Source: an uncultured Candidatus Bathyarchaeia archaeon (GTDB lineage Archaea > Thermoproteota > Bathyarchaeia > Bathyarchaeales > Bathycorpusculaceae). Taken from it: a stretch of DNA of 56,652 nt. The notes beneath the pieces are model-generated. The model had not been told where the DNA came from, did not search any database, and was given only the letters and a program-made list of their open reading frames with translations. Both the position numbers and the translations under genes were made by a program. The stretch covers positions 1 through 56,652 of the forward strand of contig CAZWPI010000001.1 in the NCBI GenBank assembly GCA_964636055.1. Direction: 5' to 3'. Shown piece by piece: positions 46,260 to 56,036 of the stretch. Each line of letters begins with the position of its first letter. The first letter of the stretch is position 1.

Positions 46260-47594
46260 CTAGTCACATTGAATTTTTCTGGTTCTTCTCTTCCTTACAA
46301 TTATAACCGCAAACAAGACTACGACCATAGAGGCAACCAACGCAATTATTAGCAATTGGTCAGAAAACTCTGGAACCGTGGAAGACGAGGAACTAGCAGG
46401 AGTTGGACTAGGCGAAGACGACGTAGGTGAAACATTCAAGGCTTTAACGGTGCCACCCTCGGAACCTACGTAGACGACGTCTCCAATAACAGCAGGAGTT
46501 GAATCAATCCCACCGCCAGCGTTATAACTCCAAAGTAAATCGCCGTTAGCAGCATCCAGAGCATAAACGTTGAAATCCATGGAGCCAAAGTAGACCACGC
46601 CGGCGACGACAACAGGAGATGACAACGCGTCTTCGCCGACATACGATTTATATTCAACATAGTCTCCTAAGGTGTAATTCCAGATTTCCTCGCCGTTTGC
46701 TGCATTTAAGGCATAAACATTGCCGTTGTCTCCGCCTATGTATACCACGCCATCTACGACAGCTGGAGACTCTGAGCCTAAAGGCGCTGTAGTACAGTTC
46801 CAGATTAGGGCGCTGGTTGCAGCATCCGCAGCGTAGACAATTCCAACTCCAGGATTCCCCTCACTGATGGCTACGTAGACTACGCCGCCTTCAACAGTTG
46901 GAGACGAATAAACACACCCGTCTGTGCTGTTAACACTCCAGAGTTTGTGGCCATTAGAAGCATCCAAAGCATAAGTCAGGCCGTCCTCTGACCCGAAGTA
47001 GACTACACCGTTGACAACTGTAGGAGGAGAACTAACCCCAGAGTGGGGAGCAATCCATTGAGGCACCCCCCAGTCGAGAGCAGTAGAATTCCATAGTTGG
47101 ACGCCGTTGGAAGCGTTCAAAGCATAAACGATACCGTAGTTCCATGTGCCCACATAGACTACGCCGTCGACGACAGTTGGAGAAGTAGTGTACGCATAAG
47201 TGGAGTAATTCCAGAGTTGAACGCCGTTAGCAGCATCCAAAGCATAGACGCACCCGCCCGCGGCTTCTGAGCTTACGTATACTACGTTGTTGACAACAGT
47301 AGGAGACGAAGCATACGAATTAATCCCGCCACCGCCTGGAATGCAATTCCAGAGCTGGACGCCGTTAGTTGCGTTCAATGCATAAACGGTGCCGTTATAG
47401 GTGCCGATGTATAATACTCCGTTAACAACCGCAGGAGACGATCCAACCGTGTCGCCAGTAGGATACCACCAGAGTAGCGTGGGAACAAGCGTCGAACTGC
47501 CTTTTTCCGCGTTCACAAACGGAATCAAAACTGAGCTGGAAACAAAAATCATGCAAAATACTGCTGCTACCATATGAAACTTGTTCATGTGCAT
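46260..47594 (-). CDS. secreted PQQ-like beta-propeller repeat protein with PEF-CTERM-like anchor
   Basis: signal peptide; ~8 repeats NGVQLWN...SSPTVVNGVVYVG...VYALNA; C-terminus S/P linker, VPEF, TM helix, RKRRTRK. Confidence 0.85.
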   Translation of the reverse strand: MHMNKFHMVAAVFCMIFVSSSVLIPFVNAEKGSSTLVPTLLWWYPTGDTVGSSPAVVNGVLYIGTYNGTVYALNATNGVQLWNCIPGGGGINSYASSPTVVNNVVYVSSEAAGGCVYALDAANGVQLWNYSTYAYTTSPTVVDGVVYVGTWNYGIVYALNASNGVQLWNSTALDWGVPQWIAPHSGVSSPPTVVNGVVYFGSEDGLTYALDASNGHKLWSVNSTDGCVYSSPTVEGGVVYVAISEGNPGVGIVYAADAATSALIWNCTTAPLGSESPAVVDGVVYIGGDNGNVYALNAANGEEIWNYTLGDYVEYKSYVGEDALSSPVVVAGVVYFGSMDFNVYALDAANGDLLWSYNAGGGIDSTPAVIGDVVYVGSEGGTVKALNVSPTSSSPSPTPASSSSSTVPEFSDQLLIIALVASMVVVLFAVIIVRKRRTRKIQCD

Positions 47595-48425
47595 AAAGCG
47601 CCGTCTAGTACTTTAGACGCTAAGGAATCTAAAGAATCTTCCCATCAATTCTATAACATACCATTAATCAAAGCTTCAAAAGTGGAAAATAAAGGGAGAT
47701 ATTAATGGGATTTTGCCGAAGATAACTCTAGTTGCAGGATTAGCAGAAATTTACATTAAGAAATTGATTTAGTTAACGGGTATTTATGAATTCTCTTAAA
47801 CCTTGATTATAAACCAAGGAGCGCCAACCCTAACAGCCAAACACAGAATACTCAGCGTAATAGCCTTCATCCAACAACCTTTTGCATGTTCACAGTCGCT
47901 TTCTTCCAAGTCAAGCTGTGAATCTGGCTTCTAGCCTTTAAATAAAGTGGCTACATTTTTTGGGCAGCTATTCAAGGAGCTTAAAATTGGGTGTCGTTGC
48001 TGCTTCTTTTCAGGCTATTTATAGTATATATAAAAACGCTGATTTAATCGTTGTTTCATGGTCTTTCTGTAAGGCGTCATTTTCATCGTTTCTCTATATG
48101 TATTCTAATCGTTACTTTTTGTAAGGTCTGTGAAGTAGTAAAAGTGAGCTGAGCTATAAATAGTTATTGAATCTTCAGTTTACCTCGACGTTGGCGCGCG
48201 CTTATGGTTGCTGTTGTTAAGTAAAGCAAATAGAAACTTTTGAGTGAGAAAGCTAGCAGCCGCAGCTTTCACTTATCTCTTCAACATACATAAGCCTTCC
48301 AAATCGAAGCGCGCGTGAGGTGAGTGTTGCTGTGCGTATACAGTCACAAACTCTTAAGAAAACTTTGAATAAATATGCTATAGTTGCGCAGTTATGCGCA
48401 TAAAATTTAAGGAGAATAAAGAAAA

Positions 48426-51152
48426 ATGTCTAAGAACAAAACTGCTACTTTGTTTGCTTTGTTTCTGATGTTTGTTATGGCTTTCTCGCTTGTCGCTTTG
48501 CCAGCAGCTAACGCGCATACACCTCCTGTAACTTGGCCTACATTCGCTTATATAGCGCTTTCAGCCAACCCCGTAGGCGTCGGTCAGCACATGGACGTTG
48601 TAATGTGGATCGCGCCTAACCCGCCGACAGCAGAGGGCCTAAGCGGTGATAGATGGCGCAGCATAACAGTAGAAGTTACGAAACCTAACGGAGACACCGA
48701 GACGCTTGGCCCTTACAATTCTGACCCCACTGGATCAACATTTGCTTCCTACGTGCCTGACCAAGTTGGCCAGTACAAATTCGAGGTCAAATATCCCGGG
48801 CAAGTCCTGTCCCTGTACAGCCCAGATGGAATACCCACCGACTTAGATGCGTTGGCAATAATTGCTGCCAGAACAGGTCAACCGAACAAAGCTTTGTACA
48901 TCAACGACACTTTTCTACCCAGCAACTCAACAACGTACCTTACAGTGCAGGAGGAACCAATACCCAGAATCCCGAACACACCCCTTCCAACTGAGTACTG
49001 GACACGCCCGATATACGGTCAGAACTCCAATTGGGAATCCATAGCATCAAACTGGCTTGGCGGAAGCCAAATTGGCGGAATTGGCAACCTTTGGCAGACA
49101 GGCACTGGTCCCAGCAGTCCCCACGTAATGTGGACAAAGCAGATTGAGACCGGAGGCATCGTCGGAGGGACCACTGGAGTTTCCGGCTACCAAATCCCTG
49201 ATGTTGGCTTCTACTCAGGCGGTTCATACGAGGGTAGATTCGCTAATGCGTTAATTATTGACGGAAAACTGTACTACGCGGACCCGCTAGGGCACTCCGC
49301 CACTGGCGGCGGATACACATGCGTTGACCTGACTACTGGCAAAGTCTTATGGCACAGTGACCAAATCGCAGTTACTGTCGGAAGCACAACTGCAGGCGGA
49401 CCAACAACGGTTCTAGTCCCGTCATTTGGGCAACTCTTTGATTACGAGTCGCAAAATCAACACGGCGTGGTCGGCGGCTTGCTGTGGGCGGTTTCTGGCA
49501 GCACATGGAGCGCCTACGACGCTTTCACTGGAAAATGGTGCTACAACTTAACCAACGTTCCCGCGGGCACACAAGTATATACCGATACGGGAGCGATAGT
49601 GCGATACGTATTCAACTACAACACAGCCGCGAAATCTGGGTGGCTCGCCTTGTGGAACAACACTCAGCACAACGCTGGACTTGAGCTAACACCTGCTGGC
49701 AGCAACGCTAGCGTAGCTGCAACCACGGAGGCTTACCAATGGAGGCCAAACGGAAGGTCAATTGACATGGGTCAGCCATATGCGTATTCGTGGAACGTAA
49801 CGATATCGGCAGATTTGTCAGGCTTGGGGCAACCCACCATCGTTACAGTTATACCTGGTGATATAATACTTGGGACAAGCACCCCCGGAAGCACCCCCGG
49901 AATAGCCGGCTTCTTCTCAGTCGGAGTAGGGGGCACTGAAAATCCTTACACGATATGGGCGCTAAGCGACAAACCAGAGACTAGAGGAAAACTACTGTGG
50001 ATCCAAAACTATACGGCGCCTGCAGGCATCAGCCGCACTTTTGGTGCAATGGGATCAGCTGTTGTGGACACGGTTAACCGAGTGTTCTTCATGCAGCAGA
50101 CAGAAGACTTTGCATGGTTAGGCTATGATTTGGACACCGGCAAACTTTTATGGGGTCCAACAATTGGAGCAACGCGCGCCTACTCATACTTCGGCAGTGG
50201 ACTGGGCGGTGGTCAGGCGGGCTTTGCCGCTTACGGCAAACTCTTCACACAGGGCTTCGGCGGAGAAATCTGCTGCTTCGATGGAGCAAACGGAACATTG
50301 CTGTGGAAATTCAACAACACCAACAGTGGCATAGAAACAGCTTGGGGCCAGTATCCAATCTTCATATGTGCAATTTGCGACGGTAAGGTGTACGCTTTCA
50401 ACAACGAGCACTCTCCCAATTACCCGTTGTACAAGGGAGAAAAGATATACTGCATAAACGCCACAACCGGAGAGGAAATATATAGTATGCTCAGCTGGGC
50501 TGGTCAAAGCGGAGGCCCAGGAACCGAAACATCTATTCTTGCAGACGGCTACCTATTGTACTATAACTACTACGACAATCAGATTTACTGCGTTGGCAAA
50601 GGACCAAGCGCCACTTCAGTTACAGCATCACCAAAGATTTCAGTGCACGGTGACAGCGTTCTGGTGGAAGGCACGGTGACTGACATTTCTGCGGGTTCGC
50701 AGCAAGAAGCTGTGGCGGCGAATTTCCCCAATGGTCTTCCATGTGTTTCTGATGAGAGCCAGAGTCAGTGGATGGAGTACGTGTACATGCAGCAACCATG
50801 CCCAACAAACGCGACTGGCGTCAAGGTCACCGTCAGCGTGCTTGACCCGAACAACAACTGCTATGACGTCGCCACAACCACCAGCGACGCAGACGGGTTC
50901 TTCAGTACCACGTTTGTTCCGCAGGTTCCAGGCAAATACACCGTCTACGCGACGTTCACAGGGTCAGAATCCTACTATGGCTCATATGCATTAACCGCCA
51001 TAAACGTTGAAGAAGCGCCTGCAGCTACTCCTGCGCCTACACCGTCACCGGCATCTCTTGCTGACATATACTTCCTGCCAATGTCCATAGTCATCCTCAT
51101 CGCAATCATCGTAGCCACAATCGTAATGGTACTAATGTTCAGGAAACGGTAA
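48426..51152 (+). CDS. large secreted PQQ-like beta-propeller protein with C-terminal Ig-like region and TM anchor
   Basis: signal peptide; TGKVLWH, GKLLWG, GTLLWKF, DGKVYAF repeats; C-terminal hydrophobic helix + FRKR. Confidence 0.85.
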   Translation: MSKNKTATLFALFLMFVMAFSLVALPAANAHTPPVTWPTFAYIALSANPVGVGQHMDVVMWIAPNPPTAEGLSGDRWRSITVEVTKPNGDTETLGPYNSDPTGSTFASYVPDQVGQYKFEVKYPGQVLSLYSPDGIPTDLDALAIIAARTGQPNKALYINDTFLPSNSTTYLTVQEEPIPRIPNTPLPTEYWTRPIYGQNSNWESIASNWLGGSQIGGIGNLWQTGTGPSSPHVMWTKQIETGGIVGGTTGVSGYQIPDVGFYSGGSYEGRFANALIIDGKLYYADPLGHSATGGGYTCVDLTTGKVLWHSDQIAVTVGSTTAGGPTTVLVPSFGQLFDYESQNQHGVVGGLLWAVSGSTWSAYDAFTGKWCYNLTNVPAGTQVYTDTGAIVRYVFNYNTAAKSGWLALWNNTQHNAGLELTPAGSNASVAATTEAYQWRPNGRSIDMGQPYAYSWNVTISADLSGLGQPTIVTVIPGDIILGTSTPGSTPGIAGFFSVGVGGTENPYTIWALSDKPETRGKLLWIQNYTAPAGISRTFGAMGSAVVDTVNRVFFMQQTEDFAWLGYDLDTGKLLWGPTIGATRAYSYFGSGLGGGQAGFAAYGKLFTQGFGGEICCFDGANGTLLWKFNNTNSGIETAWGQYPIFICAICDGKVYAFNNEHSPNYPLYKGEKIYCINATTGEEIYSMLSWAGQSGGPGTETSILADGYLLYYNYYDNQIYCVGKGPSATSVTASPKISVHGDSVLVEGTVTDISAGSQQEAVAANFPNGLPCVSDESQSQWMEYVYMQQPCPTNATGVKVTVSVLDPNNNCYDVATTTSDADGFFSTTFVPQVPGKYTVYATFTGSESYYGSYALTAINVEEAPAATPAPTPSPASLADIYFLPMSIVILIAIIVATIVMVLMFRKR

Positions 51153-51517
51153 ATATGCAACAAAACCGCACACATCACTCTCCCTTTTTTTATAGCTATT
51201 CATCTATCCAAGCAAAATGGGACTAAGAGGGCTTTGCACAGAGATGCGCTAACAGCAATAGTCGTTAGCAACTCGAAAATGTCATCTTTTCTCCTACATT
51301 TCGCGTGCAAAGCCCCAGCAAACCCTTCATTTCTAACTGCATTGTTATTTTTTTCTCAGCTACTTACTTTCGTTCTGCCGTTTGCAGTACTTGGCATCAA
51401 TAGACAATGCCAAATTAGCATACTTATCACAGAAAAGCGTTAGTCACTGATTCTGTTCGGGGACATTTCTTCACAACCAAAACTACAGAAAAAATAGCAG
51501 TTCAGAACAAACCCTAC

Positions 51518-51628
51518 TATATATAAGGGGGCTATAGTCTTTTTCGAGCAGCTAGCCAGCGCTGGTCCAAGCTTCAGTTTAATCTATTTATAGAGGGGGT
51601 ATAGACAAAAAATCGCATAACAGTCCAG
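51518..51628 (+). repeat. twin-box element copy 2
   Basis: CTATATATAAGGGGGCTATAGTC ... CTATTTATAGAGGGGGTATAGAC AAAAAATCGCA; lies between two convergent genes. Confidence 0.8.
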
Positions 51629-51705
51629 TAAGAGCACATCTTGTAACTTGTCGTGATTTTTGGTTTTCAATTTGTTTTTTGGCGGGTCTGTGGTTTTTTG
51701 TGGGT

Positions 51706-52275
51706 TTATGGGATTGGGATTTCCCAGTAGCTGATTATGTCGCCTTTTACCCATCTGCCTCCTAGGCTTTTGACGACGTTGTTGATTTCGTTCCATTCTG
51801 CTTTCAGGTATTCGATGGGTTTTACCACCACGAAGTCTCCGTCCACCGTGAAACTTAACAGCTCACGTTGCTCTGGGCTGAATTCCTCTTCCACATCTCT
51901 TACGTCCTGGTTTGCTTGAACACGCGGTTTTTCCGCAGGCTTAGCAGCTGTTGCAGGCTTAGGTTGCAGAACTGTGCTTTTTGCAGGCTGAGCTTCCGCC
52001 TTGACGCTTTTCGTGCTTTTCGCGTATGCCAACTTGAACTCTGGAATCGGATAAGCGTCCGCAACATCCTCAAAACCGTCGCTCCTCACGACCGCAGACA
52101 CCTGCCCAGAAAACAGGTCGTACTTGATGCCTAAAAGTTCCACGTCGCTTGGCAGGTTAGACGCGCAAGTTTCCGCTTTCCCCTGCAGCGCTTGCATGAG
52201 GAATTCAGGGTTTAACGTTATTATTCTCGTTTTCATGGTTTCCACGCTCAGAATCGCTTTCTTAACTGACGACAA
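51706..52275 (-). CDS. hypothetical protein (189 aa)
   Basis: ATG ORF with central A/P/K-rich linker; its 3' part has a strongly A+C-rich sense strand. Confidence 0.55.
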   Translation of the reverse strand: MSSVKKAILSVETMKTRIITLNPEFLMQALQGKAETCASNLPSDVELLGIKYDLFSGQVSAVVRSDGFEDVADAYPIPEFKLAYAKSTKSVKAEAQPAKSTVLQPKPATAAKPAEKPRVQANQDVRDVEEEFSPEQRELLSFTVDGDFVVVKPIEYLKAEWNEINNVVKSLGGRWVKGDIISYWEIPIP

Positions 52276-52537
52276 ACAACTTAAAAGTATCGTTCACAGA
52301 ACCCTGAACCGCGCTAACCCACAACATTTACAATCGAGCGCATCTGTTTTTGTGTTGAACAAAAAGGCAGAAAACGGCGGAAATCGAAAAAGAAAAAAGA
52401 AAACAGTTTATGCGGGCAAAATCTCCATTTAAAGACACTATTCTTAATAAGTATGGTTATGTCTTCACAGGGATATGTTTTGAGGATTCGCTACGTTTAT
52501 TTATAGTAAGCTGTATTGAATAACCTGAAAACCAGGG

Positions 52538-53092
52538 ATGGAACCGATGTCGAAGAGGCCACAGTCAAAAGACGAAGCACTAGAAGCATTAGACTTCATA
52601 GTAAACGTTCTCAAAGAACACGAGAAAGACTTAGACAGGCTGATAAACGAGCTGGGCACAGTCACCGCGGCACTGGGCGAAACAGGCGAATTAAGCTGCA
52701 AAGTGGAAAAAGTGGAAGAAAGAATAAGCGGCTTACAAAACGAAATAAACAGCCTGGTAAACTTCCTGTCCGCTTCGCCGCGAGAAGCTCCCGTTTTAAC
52801 CTCAGAGCAGAAAGCTGAAGTCGTGCAGACCACCGTCATGCATGGTCCACCAGTAATCTTGCGATGCAAGCAGTGGGATGATTTTCAGACTCTGGCTTTT
52901 CAGGCTCAGACGCTGTCTTTCATGTACAAAGAAGCCGAGAAAACTTTCCAGGCTGATGCGCTTAAGGGCAATCAGATCATTACGTACAGCGGCGAACTTC
53001 CCAAGTTTACGGCGCTTTTGAAGATATGGTTGTCTAAGCAGCTGGAGATTCCTGAGAAGAAGATTTTGGAAGGCGTTTTGGCTATAGGCTAA
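52538..53092 (+). CDS. hypothetical coiled-coil protein
   Basis: 184-aa ORF; no recognised motif. Confidence 0.5.
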   Translation: MEPMSKRPQSKDEALEALDFIVNVLKEHEKDLDRLINELGTVTAALGETGELSCKVEKVEERISGLQNEINSLVNFLSASPREAPVLTSEQKAEVVQTTVMHGPPVILRCKQWDDFQTLAFQAQTLSFMYKEAEKTFQADALKGNQIITYSGELPKFTALLKIWLSKQLEIPEKKILEGVLAIG

Positions 53093-53326
53093 GCCTTGAC
53101 TTTTTGTTAGTGAAAATTCATAACCCTTATAAGTGTATAGTATCGTAAGTCTTATGACGCTGTTAGGAGGGCAAATTGAGGTTGAAGGCTACACCCAACA
53201 AGCCAACAGAATTTTTCCGTTCTCGAAGCCTTCTCCTTTCTCCTCGATGACGGATTGGCCGTTGGAAGCCAACAAACAATGACAAACGCCCTCCAACACA
53301 CAATTACACAAAAAAGCTGAAAAACC

Positions 53327-53473
53327 ATGACCCAAGAAAACACACTACACCACCAAGCCAACAAAGAAATGACCAAATTCAAAAAAACAATGGAAGAACT
53401 ACACCTCCTCAAACGCGTCTCAAAAGACCTAAAAAACTACAGAAAAATGATCAAACTCAAAAAATACGACTAA
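53327..53473 (+). CDS. possible small basic protein (48 aa)
   Basis: hand translation MTQENTLHHQANKEMTKFKKTMEELHLLKRVSKDLKNYRKMIKLKKYD inside an A+C-rich patch; alternative minus ORF 53152..53412 looks compositional. Confidence 0.25.
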   Translation: MTQENTLHHQANKEMTKFKKTMEELHLLKRVSKDLKNYRKMIKLKKYD

Positions 53474-53490
53474 ACGCTAGCGCCCTCACA

Positions 53491-53515
53491 GACGCTACCC
53501 CCTCCCCTTTATATA
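53491..53515 (-). repeat. single box of the twin-box family, reverse orientation
   Basis: reverse complement reads TATATAAAGGGGAGGGGGTAGCGTC. Confidence 0.5.
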
Positions 53516-53614
53516 CTCAGACTTTATTCCTTCCGTATCGGCAAATTAAATACAACTGTTTACGGTGCCGTTTTTATTCCAGTACCGCTTGGAACATGTA
53601 GGATTGGTTTTATC

Positions 53615-54568
53615 TTGAACTTGAAGGAAACATACTCAGTTGAGGCTGAGGCAGTTCCACCGTACAGTTTTGACCTTACCATGCACAAGCCTGCAGGTTG
53701 GTGGTGGTCCACACCCGACGAAGTCTTCGAGGATGCCACCTGCTGGACTGCAACGCGATTCAGGAACACGCTTTTAGGGTTAAAACTGAAGTCCACGGGA
53801 ACGCTGCAAAAGCCCAGAATACAATGCACAATATTCTCAAAAGCGGAACTCAGTCACATAGAGAAGCAGCAGATAACGCTTATGCTCAAAAGAGCCTTAA
53901 GAACAGAAGAAGACATAACCGAATTCTATAAACTCGCTAAAAAAGACAGCATTCTAAGCGCGGTGATTAAGGACTTATATGGCATGCACACTGTTGCGTG
54001 GCCAGAAATATTTCCCACGTTAATTCTGGCTGTCACGCTACAGATGGCACCCATGAAAAGAAGCAACCAAATGATGGACCTGCTCATAGCGAATTTCGGA
54101 GACCAAGCCCACTTCGACGGAAAAACCATGCATTACTGGCCATCTGCCGAAACAATTGCAACCTCAACGGTTAAAGAGTTGAAAACGAAGGCTAAACTCG
54201 GCTACAGAGCCGCTAACCTAATCGCCATCGCCAAGGCTTTGCAAAACGGTTTTCCCACCATGGATGAGCTTTGGGCTATGGCGCCTGAAGAAGCAAAGAA
54301 AAAACTTCTGACATTGCGAGGAATCGGCGACTACTCCGCTGAGCTCGTGATGCCGCGGATGGGCTTTCCGCTTGACGTTTGGAGCGCCAAAATCTTCTAC
54401 GTTCTCTTTTTCGGCAAAGAGCCTGAAAACCCACGCAAAGCAATTCCTGTTCTAAAGCAAACAGCGGAAGAGCGTTGGGGAAAATGGAGAGGTTACGCCT
54501 TCGTCTACGTTCTAAACGATCTGCCCCAATTGTCAAAAAGAGTAGGCTTTGACCTGACTCAATTCTGA
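53615..54568 (+). CDS. HhH-GPD superfamily DNA glycosylase (AlkA/Ogg-like)
   Basis: LLTLRGIGDYSAELVMPRMGFPLDVWSAKIF (HhH, GxG loop, catalytic Asp context); TTG start. Confidence 0.8.
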   Translation: MNLKETYSVEAEAVPPYSFDLTMHKPAGWWWSTPDEVFEDATCWTATRFRNTLLGLKLKSTGTLQKPRIQCTIFSKAELSHIEKQQITLMLKRALRTEEDITEFYKLAKKDSILSAVIKDLYGMHTVAWPEIFPTLILAVTLQMAPMKRSNQMMDLLIANFGDQAHFDGKTMHYWPSAETIATSTVKELKTKAKLGYRAANLIAIAKALQNGFPTMDELWAMAPEEAKKKLLTLRGIGDYSAELVMPRMGFPLDVWSAKIFYVLFFGKEPENPRKAIPVLKQTAEERWGKWRGYAFVYVLNDLPQLSKRVGFDLTQF

Positions 54569-54693
54569 TTTTCCCAACTAACCAAAGTTTCATTAATCAA
54601 AAGTTGCCGCCGATATTCTTAATAGAACATAAAAGGTATAAACATACTCGATGATTCACAGTAGAGACAAGGCTCTCTGGAAGGTAGGAGTAA

Positions 54694-55266
54694 ATGGCGG
54701 GTTTGCCACTTCCGATATTTCTTTACGGCGTTGCCTTTTTCGGTCTAATGATAATAGTCGGTGTTGTGCAGGCTCACCGCAAAAAGGAAAAAATCTACTA
54801 CTTAGCCGCTATTGTAAGCTGTGTTATGCTTTCTGCATTTACTTTCGGTTTTCTTAACCAACCTCTTCTGGCGTTGGCTACAATAGTTGCCGCAGGGTTA
54901 TTTAGCTTAATAGCTATGCCGCAGGTGCTGAAAGTATTTGAACGAGAACAGAGCAAACGGCTACAAGAGACAGATTTCTCTAAACCATTAAAGAAAAGAT
55001 ACATCTTCACGGATGTATGGTGGTTTAGACTTGCAACTAAATGGGGCTTAAAGATGACAATGTGCTTAGCTTATTTATGGTGCTTGTCTCTCGTTGGGGG
55101 AATCCTGTTAGTTTTCAGCGTGTTTTTCAGTTTCATAAGCTTAGGTTTCGTCGCAGGTTTTTCAATAAGCACTTCTTTCCTATTCACTTTTATTCTCTAC
55201 AAGCAACTCAAAAAAAGCTTGAAGAGAACTGCCGAAGCAAAACTTGATGGAGAGATTAAGACTTGA
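54694..55266 (+). CDS. integral membrane protein
   Basis: 190-aa ORF with ~5 hydrophobic helices; abuts the ABC ATPase gene. Confidence 0.55.
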   Translation: MAGLPLPIFLYGVAFFGLMIIVGVVQAHRKKEKIYYLAAIVSCVMLSAFTFGFLNQPLLALATIVAAGLFSLIAMPQVLKVFEREQSKRLQETDFSKPLKKRYIFTDVWWFRLATKWGLKMTMCLAYLWCLSLVGGILLVFSVFFSFISLGFVAGFSISTSFLFTFILYKQLKKSLKRTAEAKLDGEIKT

Positions 55267-56036
55267 CCTATTCGTTAGCTGTAAAGCTGGCTGGTGTTTC
55301 GAAACGGTATAGCGATGTGACAGCCGTAGACTATCTTGACTTAGACGTGAAAAAGGGGGAAATCTTGGGTCTTCTAGGCCCAAATGGATCAGGCAAGACG
55401 ACAACTCTCAAAATGATTTTGGGCTTAGTTAAAGCTGACAGTGGTTCGATAAATGTTCTAGGCGTCGATGTGGCAGACAACCCGTTAGCAGTAAAAAGGC
55501 AGCTGGGATATGTTCCTGAGTCACCGCGTATCTATGAGTTCCTAACAGGAATTGAGTTCCTCGACTTCGCTGGTGACATTTACGGCATGAAACTGGACGA
55601 GAAGAAAAAGAGAATCGACGAATTTCTCAAGGCTCTCGGTTTGGAAGGCAGAGAAGGCGACATGATAAGTTCCTATTCTGAAGGAATGAAACAGAAAATC
55701 ATCATAATATCGGCGATTATGCATAAGCCAGAACTCTTGGTTATGGATGAACCAATCACTAGTTTAGACCCGAAGTCGGCGAAAATAGTTAAAGACTTGC
55801 TGCGCCAGTTAACCTCACAAGGCGTGACCACCATCATGTCCACACACGTTTTAGAAATTGCTCAAGCTATGTGCGACCGAATAGCCATCATGCACGAAGG
55901 AAGACTATTGGCTTTAGGCACCATGAATGAGCTGAGACGGATGGCGAAGATGCCTGAATCGGGCTTGGAAGATATTTTCTTAAAGCTCACAGGAACAGGA
56001 GATGTTAAGCCCATCGTTGAGGCATTGCTGAAATGA
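55263..56036 (+). CDS. ABC transporter ATP-binding protein
   Basis: GLLGPNGSGKTT, SYSEGMKQK, LLVMDEP, H-loop STH. Confidence 0.92.
   Translation: MTYSLAVKLAGVSKRYSDVTAVDYLDLDVKKGEILGLLGPNGSGKTTTLKMILGLVKADSGSINVLGVDVADNPLAVKRQLGYVPESPRIYEFLTGIEFLDFAGDIYGMKLDEKKKRIDEFLKALGLEGREGDMISSYSEGMKQKIIIISAIMHKPELLVMDEPITSLDPKSAKIVKDLLRQLTSQGVTTIMSTHVLEIAQAMCDRIAIMHEGRLLALGTMNELRRMAKMPESGLEDIFLKLTGTGDVKPIVEALLK

Noticed and set aside
445-48315. Alternating-CG palindromes in intergenic spacers (GCGCGC 445..450, ACGCGCGT 4004 and 5651, AGCGCGCGCT 5019, GGCGCGCGCC 5818, TATAGCGCGCTATA 15716, and 48194, 48309)
   Set aside because: GCGCGC(GC) also occurs inside coding regions (for example 7793 in dys, ~23670 in the ParA-like gene, ~43340). 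Intergenic enrichment cannot be claimed without counting, so this needs a genome-wide observed/expected test.
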